The position numbers and the translations under genes were made by a program. Of a stretch of DNA of 64,000 bases, positions 29,215 through 41,254 are shown one piece after another. The stretch covers positions 124,001 through 188,000 of the forward strand of contig CDRNVI010000170.1 of the NCBI GenBank assembly GCA_977017575.1. The letters run 5' to 3'. Within the stretch, counting starts at the first letter, position 1; every line of letters starts with the position of its first letter. Below the pieces are notes generated by a model that did not search any database, had not been told where the DNA came from, and worked only from the letters and a program-made list of their open reading frames with translations. This DNA comes from Paramoeba atlantica (lineage: Eukaryota; Protista; Discosea).

Positions 29215-29818
29215 CAAGAAATTTTTGATGATGTTGAAGGAAAAGTTGTTGTTCTCTTTTTACTTCCGCCCAGCCCTGTTTTCTTTTTCTTTTCTTTGAC
29301 TTCTTTTTTCTTTCTTTTTTCTTTTTCTTTTTTTCTTTTACCATCAAAAAATCGAGAAGTTTGTGGCTAAATTCTGTTTGTTTGTTTGTTTTCTCTTCTC
29401 TTTTTCTCTCTTTTTCTCTCTTTTTTCTCTTTTTTCTCTTTCTTCTCCTCTCTTTTTTCTTCTTTCTTTTCTTCTTTTCTCTTTAAATTCTGTTTATTTT
29501 GTTCTCTTTCTCTTTCTCTTTCTTTTTTCTCTCTTTTTTCTCTCTTTTCTCTCTTTTTTCTCTTTTTTCTCTCTCCCTTCTCTTTTTTTCTCTCTTTTGA
29601 AAGGAATTTTGATGATTCTTCCTTCTCTTCTTTGTCTGCCTTTGATCTTTTTATCATTCTTTTTAAACTTTTCTTTGTCAGAGTTACTCTTTTCTTCTTT
29701 TCTTGTTTTTTGATTTAAAAAAAGAATCAAGGGGGGGGAGCACAGGAAAACAAACAAGAAAATTGGTTGAGAACTCCTTTATTACTTGAGTGATGGGTGA
29801 TTTTATTGTGTGTGTGTA

Positions 29819-29871
29819 TTCATACTCTCTGGGTTCTTTGAATTCTCAAATTAGAACCCAGAAAGAATGGA
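29819..29871. repeat. Hairpin family copy 3
   Basis: ttcatactctctgggttct / agaacccagaaagaatgga (16/19 paired). Confidence 0.75.
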
Positions 29872-30437
29872 GAGTCTAAAACAACAAAAACACCATAATC
29901 CCTCCCCCCCCTTGCTCCTGGGAAGAATCACTCAAAAAACAAGGGAGTTAGACCAGTTTTTGAAAAAAAAAAAAGATGATTTTTTTTTGAAAAAGAAGAA
30001 TTATAAAAGAAGATTAAAAAGGATCGAGTATGAAGGGATACTCTCGAGCTGGGTTTTCTCTCAATTTTTGTGTTTTCTTTCATTTCCTTGTTTTGAAGGA
30101 TTTACAATTTTCTCGTTGACTTTTCTTTTAAATTTTGAAACCTTTTTTGTGCTGAGCAATTTGTTCTTCTCTTGGGTATCCAACTCTCCCTCTTCTACAT
30201 CCCCCTTGGCCCCCTTTTGTGTCTTTTCTTGATTTCTTTGAGACTTTTTGTCTCCTTCAGAGTAGGAGTGTATGTCAAAGACAGAAAAAAGATTGTCACG
30301 GATCCATGGGAAACCAGACAAAAGGGAAAAAAACGAAAAAAGAAAGTTGCCAACTTTCTTGGCGAAAACACTGGGAAACCCTTTGTTTCTGAGTTTCTGA
30401 GTTCCTGAGTTCCTGAGGTTCTGGAAAGAACTTCATT

Positions 30438-30513
30438 TTTTTATGACCTGGTCATAAAAATGACCCTGTCATGGAAAATGACCAGATCATAAAAATGATC
30501 AGGTTATGAAAAA
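30438..30513. repeat. Four 17-18 bp palindromic units ATGACC-n-GGTCAT-AAAA
   Basis: Units start at 30443, 30460, 30478 and 30495; the first is a perfect 11-bp inverted repeat with a 1-nt spacer. Confidence 0.75.
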
Positions 30514-30578
30514 ATTTAGATAACTCGTCAAACGTCCATTTCCCAATTTCCCAAAAAACAAAACCAAAAGGAAAAAAA

Positions 30579-31169
30579 ATGACTGACAAAATCCCAAATG
30601 TTCAAGTTCTTTCTCTTCTCGATGATGAAGCCCCTCCCATGTTGAAGGAAAGTCATTCATCTCAAATTAAAGGTCCATTTTCACTCATTTCCCTCAACCA
30701 ATGCAATTTCCATCTCACCCCACAACAACAGGTACAGACTATACCTTGACCATACTCCTCATTGGAAAGGAGGTCAGCTTTGAACTCAAGAACACATGAC
30801 TCATTATTTGGAGTTAAAGTGCCCTCTGATGCTTTCGGAAAGCTTCCCACCCCACATGATGTTTGGAGAACCTGCCTCGTTCTGGACAATGAGAAGATGT
30901 TTAAAATATTCAAAACCCGTGAATTTACTCTTGAGAAGAAATCTGCTGTCAAGAAGGATGAAAATTCTAAAGACAACAACACCAATGAAATAGCTCTTCT
31001 TAAGACTTTGATTCCAATTGTAGAAGACGTCTGTGGGGAATTCCGAATTATCTTGAACCAGTTACCCAAGGAGAAACCGGACAAAACCCAAAAAATGTTG
31101 GAACAACAAATGGTGATGCACCATTATCTCATGAAAATCTTGGAACGCACCACTGCCTCGCACCCCTAG
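30579..31169 (+). pseudogene. Unknown protein frame (196 codons) with one in-frame TGA at 30747
   Basis: ATG at 30579 is in frame with ORF 30762..31169; non-repetitive composition; no recognisable domain. Confidence 0.35.
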
Positions 31170-31443
31170 TGGTTGTGTTGTTGAGTTGTTGGTTTTGATT
31201 TTAATTCTCATAATAAACCTGATTTTAATTCTTCGAATAAACCTGATTTTATTCTTTTTTTGTTCTGTTGAGCTCTTTGACTCTTGTTTTTGCGAAAAGA
31301 TGTGTGAAGAGTTTTTTTTCATCATTGTTTTTGAATTCCTTCTCTGAAATCAATCAAAAACGAGGAAGGAGGTTGAAATCAATTTTCGAAAAAAAAAAAA
31401 AAAAAAAAGGATTATAAAAAGGAGAAAAAAAAGAAGAGAAAGT

Positions 31444-31562
31444 GTCTTCGGTCATACCCAGTTGAAAGCACCCGATCCCATCAGAACTCGGAAGTTAAGC
31501 AGCTGTGGGCTCGGTTAGTAGAATGGTGGGTGACCACATTCGAATCCCGAGTGCTGAAGACC
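31444..31562 (+). rRNA. 5S rRNA: 5S rRNA
   Basis: 119 nt; GTCTTC/GAAGAC terminal stem; CCCGATCCCATCAGAACTCGGAAGTTAAGC and GGTTAGTA motifs; oligo-T terminator. Confidence 0.95.
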
Positions 31563-31731
31563 TTCTTTTTTTTTCTTTTCTTTTCTTTTTTCTTTTTTTC
31601 TTTTCTCAATTTTCTTCCTCACCAACCTTCTTTTTCTCTGTCTTGATGGTATCTTGAATCTTTTTTTTCTTTTCTTTTTTTTTCTTTTTACCCCCCACAC
31701 AAATTAAAAACTCTTTTTTTGAGATCATATA

Positions 31732-31781
31732 TTCATTCTCTCTGGATCCGAATTTTCAAATTAGCATCCAGAGAGTATGAA
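31732..31781. repeat. Hairpin family copy 4
   Basis: ttcattctctctggat / atccagagagtatgaa (15/16 paired), loop ccgaattttcaaattagc. Confidence 0.8.
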
Positions 31782-33641
31782 AAGTCAAAAAACAAAACAA
31801 AAACAACAACAATATGTGATCAACATTGAAACACCTTCACAGTCCCACCACCATCTTTTTTTCTTCTTCTCCCTTTTCCTTTTCCTTTTCCTTTCCTTTC
31901 CAGAAGAATGAATTGTCTAGATGACCGAAATGGATTGAAACCTTTCTTTCGAAGTTTTCCTCATTCTATTGGCTTGTTGTCTCCTTGCAATGATGTACGA
32001 ACTGCTTGCCACTTTGCCTTGCGACAAGATGCGACATTACGATAACATGGCGATAACCTGTTTATTCTCTTATCAATAAATCAGTCTGTAAATTCCCTGT
32101 ACCGAATTGTGTTTGTGTGGCTGTGTTGTTCACGGATTCGTTTGCTTTCCTTTCTTTTTTCACTTCCTTTCTTTTTTCAATTCTCCTCCATTTTCTTTCT
32201 AATTTTTGTTTTGAAAAAAAAACTAAAAAAAAGAAGAAAAAAAGTAGAAAAGGAATCAAGAGGAAAGAGAAAAAAGAGAAAAAGAAAAGAAAAAACCACT
32301 GCTGGGGCTTGGGGGGGGGGAGGCCAAAAAAGAAACAGGAAGGAAATGGGCACCCCTGCTCTCCCCTCTTCTTCTTTGAAACTCTAAATCCCCTTCTCTC
32401 TCCCCAAGAAGTTGATGTACCTCTCCAGCACTGCTGGGGACCTACCAACCAAACGGCAAAGAAGACTTTTGGTGCTCAAAACGTCACTTGATCCTAATGG
32501 AAAAAACAAGATCCAGACAAAGAGAAAGAAAAAAGAGGAGAAAAAAGAAAAAGAAGAGAGAGAAAAAGAGACAAGAAAGAAAGAGAAAAGGAAAGAAAAA
32601 GAAAAGAAAGAAGAGAAAAAGAAGAGAGAAAAGAAAAAAAAGAAGGGAAAAAAGGGAGAAAAAAGAAAACCAAAAAGGAGGAAAAAGGAGGAGGAAAAAA
32701 GAAAAAGGAAGAAGAGACTCCTTGGAAAATAAAAGAAAAAAAAGAAAAGAAGTGAAGAAGACCTCTTCTCTCTCTTGTTTCGCTACGCTAACTCAGGGGG
32801 GTTGGACGGTCAGAAAAGAAAGAAGAAAAAGAAAGAAGGGGGTGGGGGAGGGGTAGAAAAGAAGAGAAAGGAGACATCATGATGAATGAAGTCAAGTTTT
32901 GTTGAACACAAAAAAAAAGAAAGAGAACAACAAAGCAGAGAGAGGAGAGAGGGAGAGAGAGGAAAACAAACAAAAAAAGTTGAGAGGATCTTTTTTTCCA
33001 CTTTTCCACACCCCGAAAAATTTAAGGTTCTAAATCACGAACCTCAAACTAGCTTTTTTTTTGTTTTTCGGTTTTCGTTTTGGGGCAAGAGAAGAAGAGA
33101 AAGAGAGAGGGAAAGGGAAAGAGAAAGAGAGAAAGAGAGAAAGAGAAAGTGAGAAAGAGAGAAAGAGAGAAGGAGAGAAAGAGAGAAAGGAAAAGAGGGA
33201 AGAGGAAAGAAAGAGAGAAAGAGAAAGAAGAGAGAGAGAAAGAAGAGGGAAAGAGGGAAAGAGAGAGAAAAGAGAAAGAGGGAAAGAGGGAAAGAGAAAG
33301 AGGGAAAGAGGAGAAAGAGAGAAGAGAAAGAGACTTTGTGGAACCACTTTGCGTTTTTTTGGTTGTGAGGTGTCTTTTTCTTTGGTTTTTTTACCTTTTT
33401 CTGTTCTTTTCTTTTCTTTTCTGTTCCTTTTCTTTTCTTGTTTTTTTTCTTTTCTTTCTTGTTTTTTCTTGTTTTCTTTCTTGGTGGATTCCCTTTTTGT
33501 ATTTGGCATTTATATATTATAATGTAATGGTGTATCTCCTCTCAAATCAAGAGGATATTTTTGTAAAATTTCTTTTTAGTCCAAAAAATAAAACAGACAA
33601 AAGTTTATCCTTTTTCTCGTCAGAGATTTACCCAGACGCTG

Positions 33642-33855
33642 GCAGGGAACATTGTATTGACTTGACTTGAGAGGGGGGAGGGGAGAGACTCATGAAAGGC
33701 AAGATGAAGTTGATTTTAATAAGCATTTTTTTTTTTTCGAATTGGTCAGAAAAAATAAAATATTTTTTTTTCCTGTTATTTATGCCTCTTTTCACACCCT
33801 ACTTTTTTTTTCAACAACCAATTTCATTTTGGAGGAGATCACCAAACACCCCCCT
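33642..33855. repeat. Dispersed repeat; empty-site paralog of 38926-39048 + 40147-40185
   Basis: Shared cagggaacattgtattga..aaggcaagatga..cctgttatt..gcctcttttcaca..tcaacAACca..ttttggaggagatca. Confidence 0.85.
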
Positions 33856-33891
33856 ACAGAACAGTTCTTTTTTGTCTTTTTTTTCACAAAT

Positions 33892-33963
33892 TCCCTTGTG
33901 GTGTAGTCGGTAACACGGTCGGCTTTCACCCGGCCACCCCGGGTTCGATTCCCGGCAAGGGAG
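33892..33963 (+). tRNA. tRNA-Glu: tRNA-Glu(TTC)
   Basis: GTCGG-CTTTCAC-CCGGC arm; 72 nt; oligo-T terminator. Confidence 0.96.
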
Positions 33964-34469
33964 CTTTTTTTTTTTTACCTTCAATTTTGTGGAACCACTC
34001 CACCACACACACACCACACCATGTGTATGGAGGTGGTGGGGCAGAAATTGGTCTTATTTTTTGAGGTCATTGTTTGTTCTTTTGTTTTCTCCATCAAAAA
34101 TGGTGTATCTGTTTGTGGGTCCAGAAAACCAAGAAAAATTTGAAACTTTTTTCAAAAACAATTTTGAAAGTGTCAAATCACACTATCATCTTTTTTTGAA
34201 GGTTGATGGTGAGGGTGGTCCTCTTTCATCACCAATGTACCACCATTTTAGAAAGAATGGTATGGTTCTCAAAGATTTATTCTTTCAGTTTCTTTCATTC
34301 ACATCATCACAGCCTTTTTTACCTGTTTCTTTGGACAATTTTGCAAGAGCTAAACTACAAAAAGCATTTTTCGATTGTCGCAATTTCCAACTTCAACCCC
34401 CCCCCCCCCCCCCTCATAATTTGGTGCCTGGTTTCTCTCTCTCTTCCAGACACCCAAGCAAATGGTAGT

Positions 34470-34790
34470 GTTGACTTATGTTTCTGGGCAATCACACCTT
34501 CCAACAATTTAATAGAGTAAGACCTTTAACTTCTCGAACAGATCTTTCGACTGCACCCAAGAAGCCATCCACACTTTCTTTGGCCAAACCTTTGCAAATG
34601 CATTGACACCTTGCAGTGTTTTTGGACAAAGGGGGTCATTGAAAAGAAACAAGGAACAACCGCTGACAGATTGCATGCAGGTGGGGATGCTGAGGATTAA
34701 CAGGGCTTTTCCAAGCAGAACATCCATCGGATGAAGTTTGTCCTTGGCTGGTTTCCTGGGTCTGTTTCTGCCCCCCTCTGGTGGACACTC
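34470..34790 (-). mobile_element. Relic of the split-direct-repeat YR retrotransposon family (MT-domain fragment)
   Basis: 34570-34680 closely matches 54670-54780 (GVNAFAKVWPKKVWM vs GVNAFAKTWPQKAWM). Confidence 0.8.
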
Positions 34791-35049
34791 CATGTTTTGT
34801 CAGTTTGAAGTGAAGCCAGGGCCAAAGTAATATAAGACTTTTATAATATATGTGCTCCCACCCTGAGCCAGTTTCCTTTTCCGGCCAAAGTGTCATTCTT
34901 TCTTTTCATCCTTTTTTCTGTTTGTCCCTCTACCACTGTCAATTTTCGGTCTTCCACAGTGAAGCCAGGGCCGAATTTTATATCAAGGGCTTATATGTGT
35001 ATTGCGCTCTGCTGAGGGCATCTGGAATTACTAGTTTGTCTTTCCTGGT

Positions 35050-37900
35050 TTATGGAGAACTTGTCTCTCTCACCATTTGAGAGATGTTATAATTAGCCAA
35101 TTGTTTATCATGCCACTTCTTGATTTCTTCATCGAATTGCTCAAGTCCTTCAAGCTGTGGTGGTGGTCAGTGAATGCAACCACATCACATCCTTTGAATG
35201 AACTCTTTGAACTTTTCCATCGCCCAGTGCAACCCATAACACTCTCTTTTTCTGAGTTAGTGTGTATCCAGTGTGTGAGTTGTTGGAGATCTTTTTCAAC
35301 CCCAAAAAAAGAAAAAAAAAGTTCTTTTCTCTGGAAACCACAGGCCTGAAAATTTCTAGGAGAGGTTGGAAGCGCTTTAGATCCACGAGGTGGACTGAAG
35401 TTGTGGAAAACTCATCCTAAAAAGTAAGGAGGATGGAAAGAAAGAGAAAAAAAAAAGGCGGTGACTCAGATAAAAAAAATAATTTATTTTCGCAAAAAAA
35501 GTCTGTTTGTTGAGAGCTCTCTCCTCTTTCACAACAACAACTGGGGCGACTGGGAGTTTCCAGTTTTCAACCATCCCCCTTGCTGGCCTTCCATCTTGGT
35601 TTCAAAGAAAATAGCCATAAGAAATAGATAACAGTTTTTTTTCCTTGTGAAAATTTGATTTTCACAGGGCCAGTCACTGTCATGGTGGACCCATCTCGAA
35701 AAATTTTCTGAGAGGCAATGACCCCCAACTTCTTTCGTATTTGTGAAGGGAGATCAAGTTGTCCCCAAAATTCTTTCTTCCCATTTTTCCGATTCGTTTT
35801 GGTTTTGGTAACATTATCATCTACCAAAAAGAAAAAGAGGGCCTCAGGGGAAATGTTGAATGAAAACCCGGCGAGAGAACCAATTTTTTGGAGCTTTTCC
35901 CCTCCACTAAAAGAATTTTTGTGTGTGTGAGCGAAAAGAATCTTTTGAAAAAAAAAACTCACGAGAGTGGTTTTTACCAATTTTTCAAGGGTCTTTGGGA
36001 TTCTTTGCGCCAGAACACAATGAACCATTTGTTCATTCGTTCGTTCATCATCATCTCGTGTTCGTTTCCACCTGCTGTTTTTTTCACTCTTTTTTTTCTG
36101 TTTGAAGCGTTTTGCTCTTTCCTAATCAAACAGAGACATTCTTCGGTCTCCCAAAAACTTCGATCATTAATTTGTTTTCCATTTCAAGAAGTTGAAAAAT
36201 AACACCTCCTCCTCTCCCACGCCATCTTGATCCCACCCAAAAATTTTGAGTTGTCTCATATTAAATGTTCTTTGTGAGCATTTGTGTATGAATCTCTGGC
36301 ACCAGCACTTACAATCCTGAGAAATGTCTGTAATTCCTTATGGTGTTGGCTGGTGTTGTGTAATTTCCAATAGCCTCCACTTTGACGTTGTTTGCTTCAA
36401 TATACCTTCTTTGGATGCAGTGTATCCCAAAAGCATGAATTTCAGTTTGCACAAAATGGACTTTGGAAATATTGATTCTCAATTTGTGTTTTTCTATTCT
36501 TGTCAATATTTCTTCCAGAGTCTCGTAATGTGTTTTGAAGTCTTTCGAGAAGACAACAATCTAATGAAGAGATCTGCTATCTGAATCTTTTCTCCCATTG
36601 TGAGTCTCAGGTCATTATGAGTTTTCTGTTTATTCAGATTTAGTGAGAGGAATTTTTTCCTCCTTCTTCTTTCTTATTCTTGATACCTTTTAAGATTCCA
36701 CCAATTTGTTTGATGAGCTCAGCATTTCCTGTTGCGTCTTCAGCATGGAGGTTTGCAATTACCTCTTGAAGCCCATGGAGAATCTTGTGTGGTGGTGGAG
36801 CATTTCCATCAATGTTGGAAACATCTCTCAGTCTCTTGTAAATCAGGCCTGATCGTCCACCATATCATATTTTGGGTTCTCTGACCTCGTTGAAGAACAT
36901 TCTCACTGTTTCTTCCCACGGTCGCCCATTTTCCGTTGATCTGGATTTGAGATCTTTCTTCATGATGGGTGAGGATTTCACATTCGTGGCCTCTGTGATT
37001 GGAGTTTCCACACACAAGAAGCAGAGTCGAAGGTTGGAATGGATTTTCAGTTCTCGCTTTCTCTCTTCTATATTCATCAGTATCTTTGATTCCCATCTTG
37101 GAAAGATCCATCTTAGTGACTCCCTTTGGTGTCTCTATTTTAACAGGTGAGAGAGAGGCGTTCATGACTTCAACAAAGTCAGTCCATGTTTTTCTGCTTT
37201 TGTAAATTTGATACTGAGCCTCTGTTTGAGTGTCCACCTCGATTTTGTGCTCAATCTCTGTCTGAGATGAGTTCCCGGTCTGAGACTTGGTATTGTTTCT
37301 TTCCTCTCTTTCTTGAGTAGAGATCGACAAACTTGAGAGCTTTCTTCTTAAAGGTCAGATCCCCGTAGCTGTCATCAATCCGAAATTGATTTTACTGACT
37401 GATCGGGTTCTGTACTCTGGAATCCCCGTAAGCCTCTTGAGGTGCTACTGGCTATGCAATCCTGCACCCAGACACAAAAATTGGCTACTTTGGCCTTGGA
37501 TCCAAAGTCTGTCTTTCCAACTCTGTAGTCCGAATTTTGTGTCTATTCTCCTTCAAATCATCTTTTACTCTTCCATCCCTTGTGGGTGGTTACTGCCTGG
37601 CTGATGGGTTGATTCCCATTCTTACTGAGGGGGGGTTCCTGATGGGCTTTGTTGAGACCACTGGGAATAGATCCTTATCTGATTAGTGATCGATGCCAAA
37701 AGCCTCCCTTCCATCTCTGAGAGCATCTCTTTGGCTTCATCCCTGGTGAAGGTGGGTTCCACTTGGGGGTACCATCCTTTCTTCCTCAGGGGGTTCTTCC
37801 TGTTCCTCAAGTTCTTCCTGGTGGAAACAGTTCTCTTTCTTGGGGGTTTTCAGGCTCTTGCCTTTCCTCGGGGCGGGCTCAACCTTCTTGATCACTGCCA
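35050..37900 (-). mobile_element. Heavily deleted Ty3/gypsy relic (gag knuckle, RT and RNase H fragments)
   Basis: CFLCGNSNHRGHEC once a 2-nt GT slip near 37005 is removed; IVVFSKDFKTHYETL and KLRINISKVHFVQTEI..KVEAIGNY..RHFSGL (36300-36620); VVAFTDHH..INNW (35050-35300). Confidence 0.7.
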
Positions 37901-38171
37901 GCGGAATCACTATCCCCATCAGGGTTTTCTACCAAGTAAGTCTCCTTTAACTCATCCCAGAAAAGAGCCATCGATCTACCAGCATACCAAAAGGGAAAAC
38001 GACAAAAGAAAAGCACATCGCGTCGCGTCGCCTTTGTGATGTCATCAAACAGTCCCTATCAAGGGTGTTCGCTGAAGTTGGCCGAAAGTTGGGCCGAAAG
38101 TTCAAGGATTAAAAATAGCCTTTATTCACAATCAAGTTTTTTTCCCAAATAAATGATTTCTGTTATATGTT

Positions 38172-38981
38172 GTGAGAGAGAAGCTCAACTCAAAAGTCTG
38201 GCTGAATGTGGCACCTCTTGGGAGGGATCTGGCGTTGTTTCTCAAACTGCCTAATTCAATTAGTTGGAAGATGATGAGCAAGTTCCAAGATCCTTTTGTT
38301 ATTGCGCTTGAGGCTTTTTGTGGAGGATGTTTGGACAAACTGAAGAGGAGATTGACAGATTTGTTCAGGTACCAAAATTTTCGAATGCCTAATTCGAAAA
38401 TGAGCGAGTTCCGGCAGTACGCCACCCATTTTCTCGATCTGTATTTGAAGAAGAACAAAATCTCTTGAAGGAATGCGCGCAATAGAGATGAGAAGTTTGA
38501 ACAAGGGTCTGTTTGTTTCTTTCACCAGTTCTCTCAGGTTCTCTCTCTTTGAGCAGCCTTACTAGATGTTCCAAAGTCTTGAGATGGAAAGGGTTGAGCT
38601 ATCAACATTGAGCTGAACTGGGAGAGATTTGTCTTCTCATACCATCCAAGTCCTTGTTCATCAGCTGTCTCTCTTCTCAGAGTTGAAGAAAACTATTCTG
38701 GAGCTCTTCATAAGAGGGCGCCTCATCTTTCCCATTTCCATGGACAGGTGAAAGACCATCAAGTAGATATCGGTGAGAATCTTGGTTTTTTCAGTTTTCT
38801 GAGATGTCTGTTAGATGAAAGCGTTCGAAAGCTACAAATGGTGGGTGTCCCTTTTGCTCCAGAGGAGCCCGACAAGTGTTGGGAGAGTTTTGTTTTTGAA
38901 GCTGCAAAGGAGTTCCTTATTTACACAGGGAACATTGTATTGAGAGGAGAGGGGGGAGACTCCTCATTCAAGGCAAGATGA
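38172..38981 (+). pseudogene. Unknown 270-codon frame with four in-frame TGA codons
   Basis: ORFs 38172..38468 and 38748..38981 join in one frame; the only internal stops are TGA. Confidence 0.45.
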
Positions 38982-39048
38982 TTTGATTTTATATAAAAGT
39001 ATTTTTTTTCCTGTTATTTTGCCTCTTTTCACATTTTTTTTCAACAAC

Positions 39049-40146
39049 GAGAGTCAAGCCCGAGTTTTTAACATAAAAATCGGTGAGTTGACCCGTTAAA
39101 AAAACCCCCATATTTTTTCAATTCAGATCAGAAAAAAAAAGAAATAAATTTTTAATAAATAATTATTCAACAATTTTCTTGTGACAAGCAAGAGCAAAGC
39201 GAAGGGTACAATCATGTTGATTCTCATCTTCATAATACACACCTCCAAGAGATTTGAAAGTAGATTTACACCAGCCATATGGTGCCTCCACTTTCCCCCG
39301 TACAAAAGCAATTTCTTCATTATTTCTTGTATCCTTTTGGCTCAACACACGAGGGACTTTCTTCCCATCAACAATTTTTGGCCTTCCTCCACGAGACTTG
39401 TTTGTGATCAAAAAGACCTTTTTCAAGAATTGGGTCGCTTTTCGAAAATGGTTGTCGGCAACCATTGTTCCGCCCTCAAACAACCGATCGATTGTTTTGG
39501 CAGAGTAAATTAACAGATCTCCATCATACTGCTTTGGAGAGTGAGGCCCACTCACCCACTCAGTTCCTCCTTTGGCATTACAAACTGTTACCCATCTTCT
39601 TCCTGGAGCCAGTAACTTGTGAGACCACATTTTTTTCCTCTCTTTCTTGGGACCTTGTTTTCCCTTGATTCTAAAGTCACTTGAGTCCATCCATGTTAAC
39701 AAACATTTTCACAAGGAGGACGGCGTCGAGTTTTTGCGGCCAGTCGTTCCACCCTTCTCCGTGAGCTCTGAACCAAGACTGTCTCTGCCCAGTTTCTTAA
39801 AGCACCCCTGATTCTTTGAATGTTCTGCCGGATCGAGTTATTCGACAGTGGAAGCCATTCAGCAATTTTCTTTCGGAGATTGCCATAACCAATTGCATAG
39901 AGATCTTTGTAAATGGTTAATAGATAATTGGCTTCTTTGAAACAGGAAGGCCTCTCAGTCCCCCAAAGAGTGAGGTCCACAGAATCCAAGTATTGAATAA
40001 TTTCCTTGGTTCTTGGCACTCCAAGTTTTTCCTCAACACCACAACGCAAATCTTTCAACTCCAAACCCGCCACCCCAGCCATACACCGAAAAAAAATAAG
40101 AGTTCAAAACGCTTTTTTAGTGGTCTAAAACAAGGGCTTGACCCTC
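39049..40146 (-). mobile_element. 1098-bp PHIS/IS5-like DNA transposon, 13-bp TIRs, 3-bp TSD AAC
   Basis: TIR GAG(A/G)GTCAAGCCC; AAC on both flanks; empty site at 33816-33818; a single transposase fills almost the whole element. Confidence 0.9.
39163..40082 (-). pseudogene. DDE_Tnp_4-type transposase, one frameshift near 39700
   Basis: N-terminal HTH-like region, then WMDSSDF...YDGDLL...MVADNHF...RGKVEAPYGWCKSTFKSL. Confidence 0.85.
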
Positions 40147-40723
40147 AACCAGTTTTATTTTGGAGGAGATCATCTAACACCCCCCCCCCCCCAAATGAAT
40201 TGATTTCTTGATTATTCCAAAATTAGCAGGGGGTGTGGTAGGCCAAAAGAGATGTTTGGATCTTAATTAGCAAAGATACATCACACCATCAGAGGATTTC
40301 TTCGTGATCTTTGTGAAGAAGTTTCAGTCATCAATTTGGTTCTGTTCCATGAACACAAAAACCCACCCACTCCTCATTCACATTGCAAGAGGAAAAAGGA
40401 CACAAAAAGGGATTGAGGAAAATCTCCCAACAAAAGATGATGAATTTTTGTTGGCACATCCTTTGCTTCACCCACTTCTTGATGAAATAAGACATTAATT
40501 CACTCAGGTTTTCCTCTTGAATTTTTCTTGGTTGCCTTCCCCTTGAGACCTTCAGGTTTCCCTAAAGTTCTCCCTCCATTTTCCTCCAACCAATTGAGCA
40601 GTGAGGTTCAATATTTTCCTGACACTCCCTTTTTCAACATCCAAATTTCAAAAAAAAAAAAAAGAAAAAGAAAACACAGCACCTTGAAATGAAAGGCGTA
40701 AAAAAAATAAATCAAAAAAAAAA

Positions 40724-40840
40724 TGGTTGAGGTGGGATTCGAACCCACGAACCCGAAGGACCAGAAGACTAAACACTGTATTTTTACAGCCAAGATTTAA
40801 CTCTTGAGTCTGGCGCGTTTGACCGCTTCGCTACCCAACC
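40724..40840 (-). tRNA. tRNA-Leu: tRNA-Leu(CAA) with 36-nt intron (40767-40802)
   Basis: CCAGA-CTCAAG|intron|T-TCTGG; long variable arm; 81 nt after splicing; canonical 37/38 intron position. Confidence 0.92.
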
Positions 40841-40853
40841 AGATATACGACAA

Positions 40854-41254
40854 TTACCCTTCAAGAGCACCTTTCTAAAGAGACCACACACACACACAGA
40901 GAAGACAATAAAAGACAGGAGAAGTCCAAAGGGAATGCCACAAAATAATAGTTATGGCTGCACCATAAGACACCATCAGAAGATCCATTGCAGGCATTAT
41001 GTCATTGAAAACACATCTTTTCTCCCTCAATGGTCTTGTTGCAGACCCAGAGCCGCACTGATCGCACCACCAACCCTTCCAGTTCCTTCTCATCACTTGA
41101 AGCAGAACCATTTCCATATTGAGTGATGCATAACACATAGATTGAGCAATCACATGGATTTCATTTCTAATCGCAGCAATGGCACTCAGAGCAGCCACGC
41201 CCAAGCCATGAGGACACATCCACACTTTCTTTGGCCAAAACCTTTGCAGCGGCA
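40854..41254 (-). mobile_element. ~400-bp internally deleted derivative of the split-direct-repeat YR family
   Basis: B-repeat homolog (22/27 identity at its start), then the YR 3' end, the GLGVAALS segment and the MT segment, all collinear with 52796-57844. Confidence 0.8.

Noticed and set aside
30438-30513. CRISPR-like array
   Set aside because: Contiguous 17-18 bp units without unique spacers, no cas genes, eukaryotic context.
28200-32130. Possible snRNA/snoRNA genes in higher-complexity islands (28200-28330, 31940-32130)
   Set aside because: No U1-U6, SRP or clear C/D or H/ACA signature was recognisable by eye; an Rfam cmscan would be needed.
37970-37995. PBS-like TGGTATGCTGG upstream of the gypsy relic gag
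   Set aside because: No adjacent CA-ending LTR or partner LTR was found, so it cannot be supported as a PBS.
39049-40146. Bacterial contamination or recent horizontal transfer of an IS
   Set aside because: The element sits in a host repeat with an empty paralog in this window and has a divergent relative at 12.8 kb. Compactness alone does not show bacterial origin.
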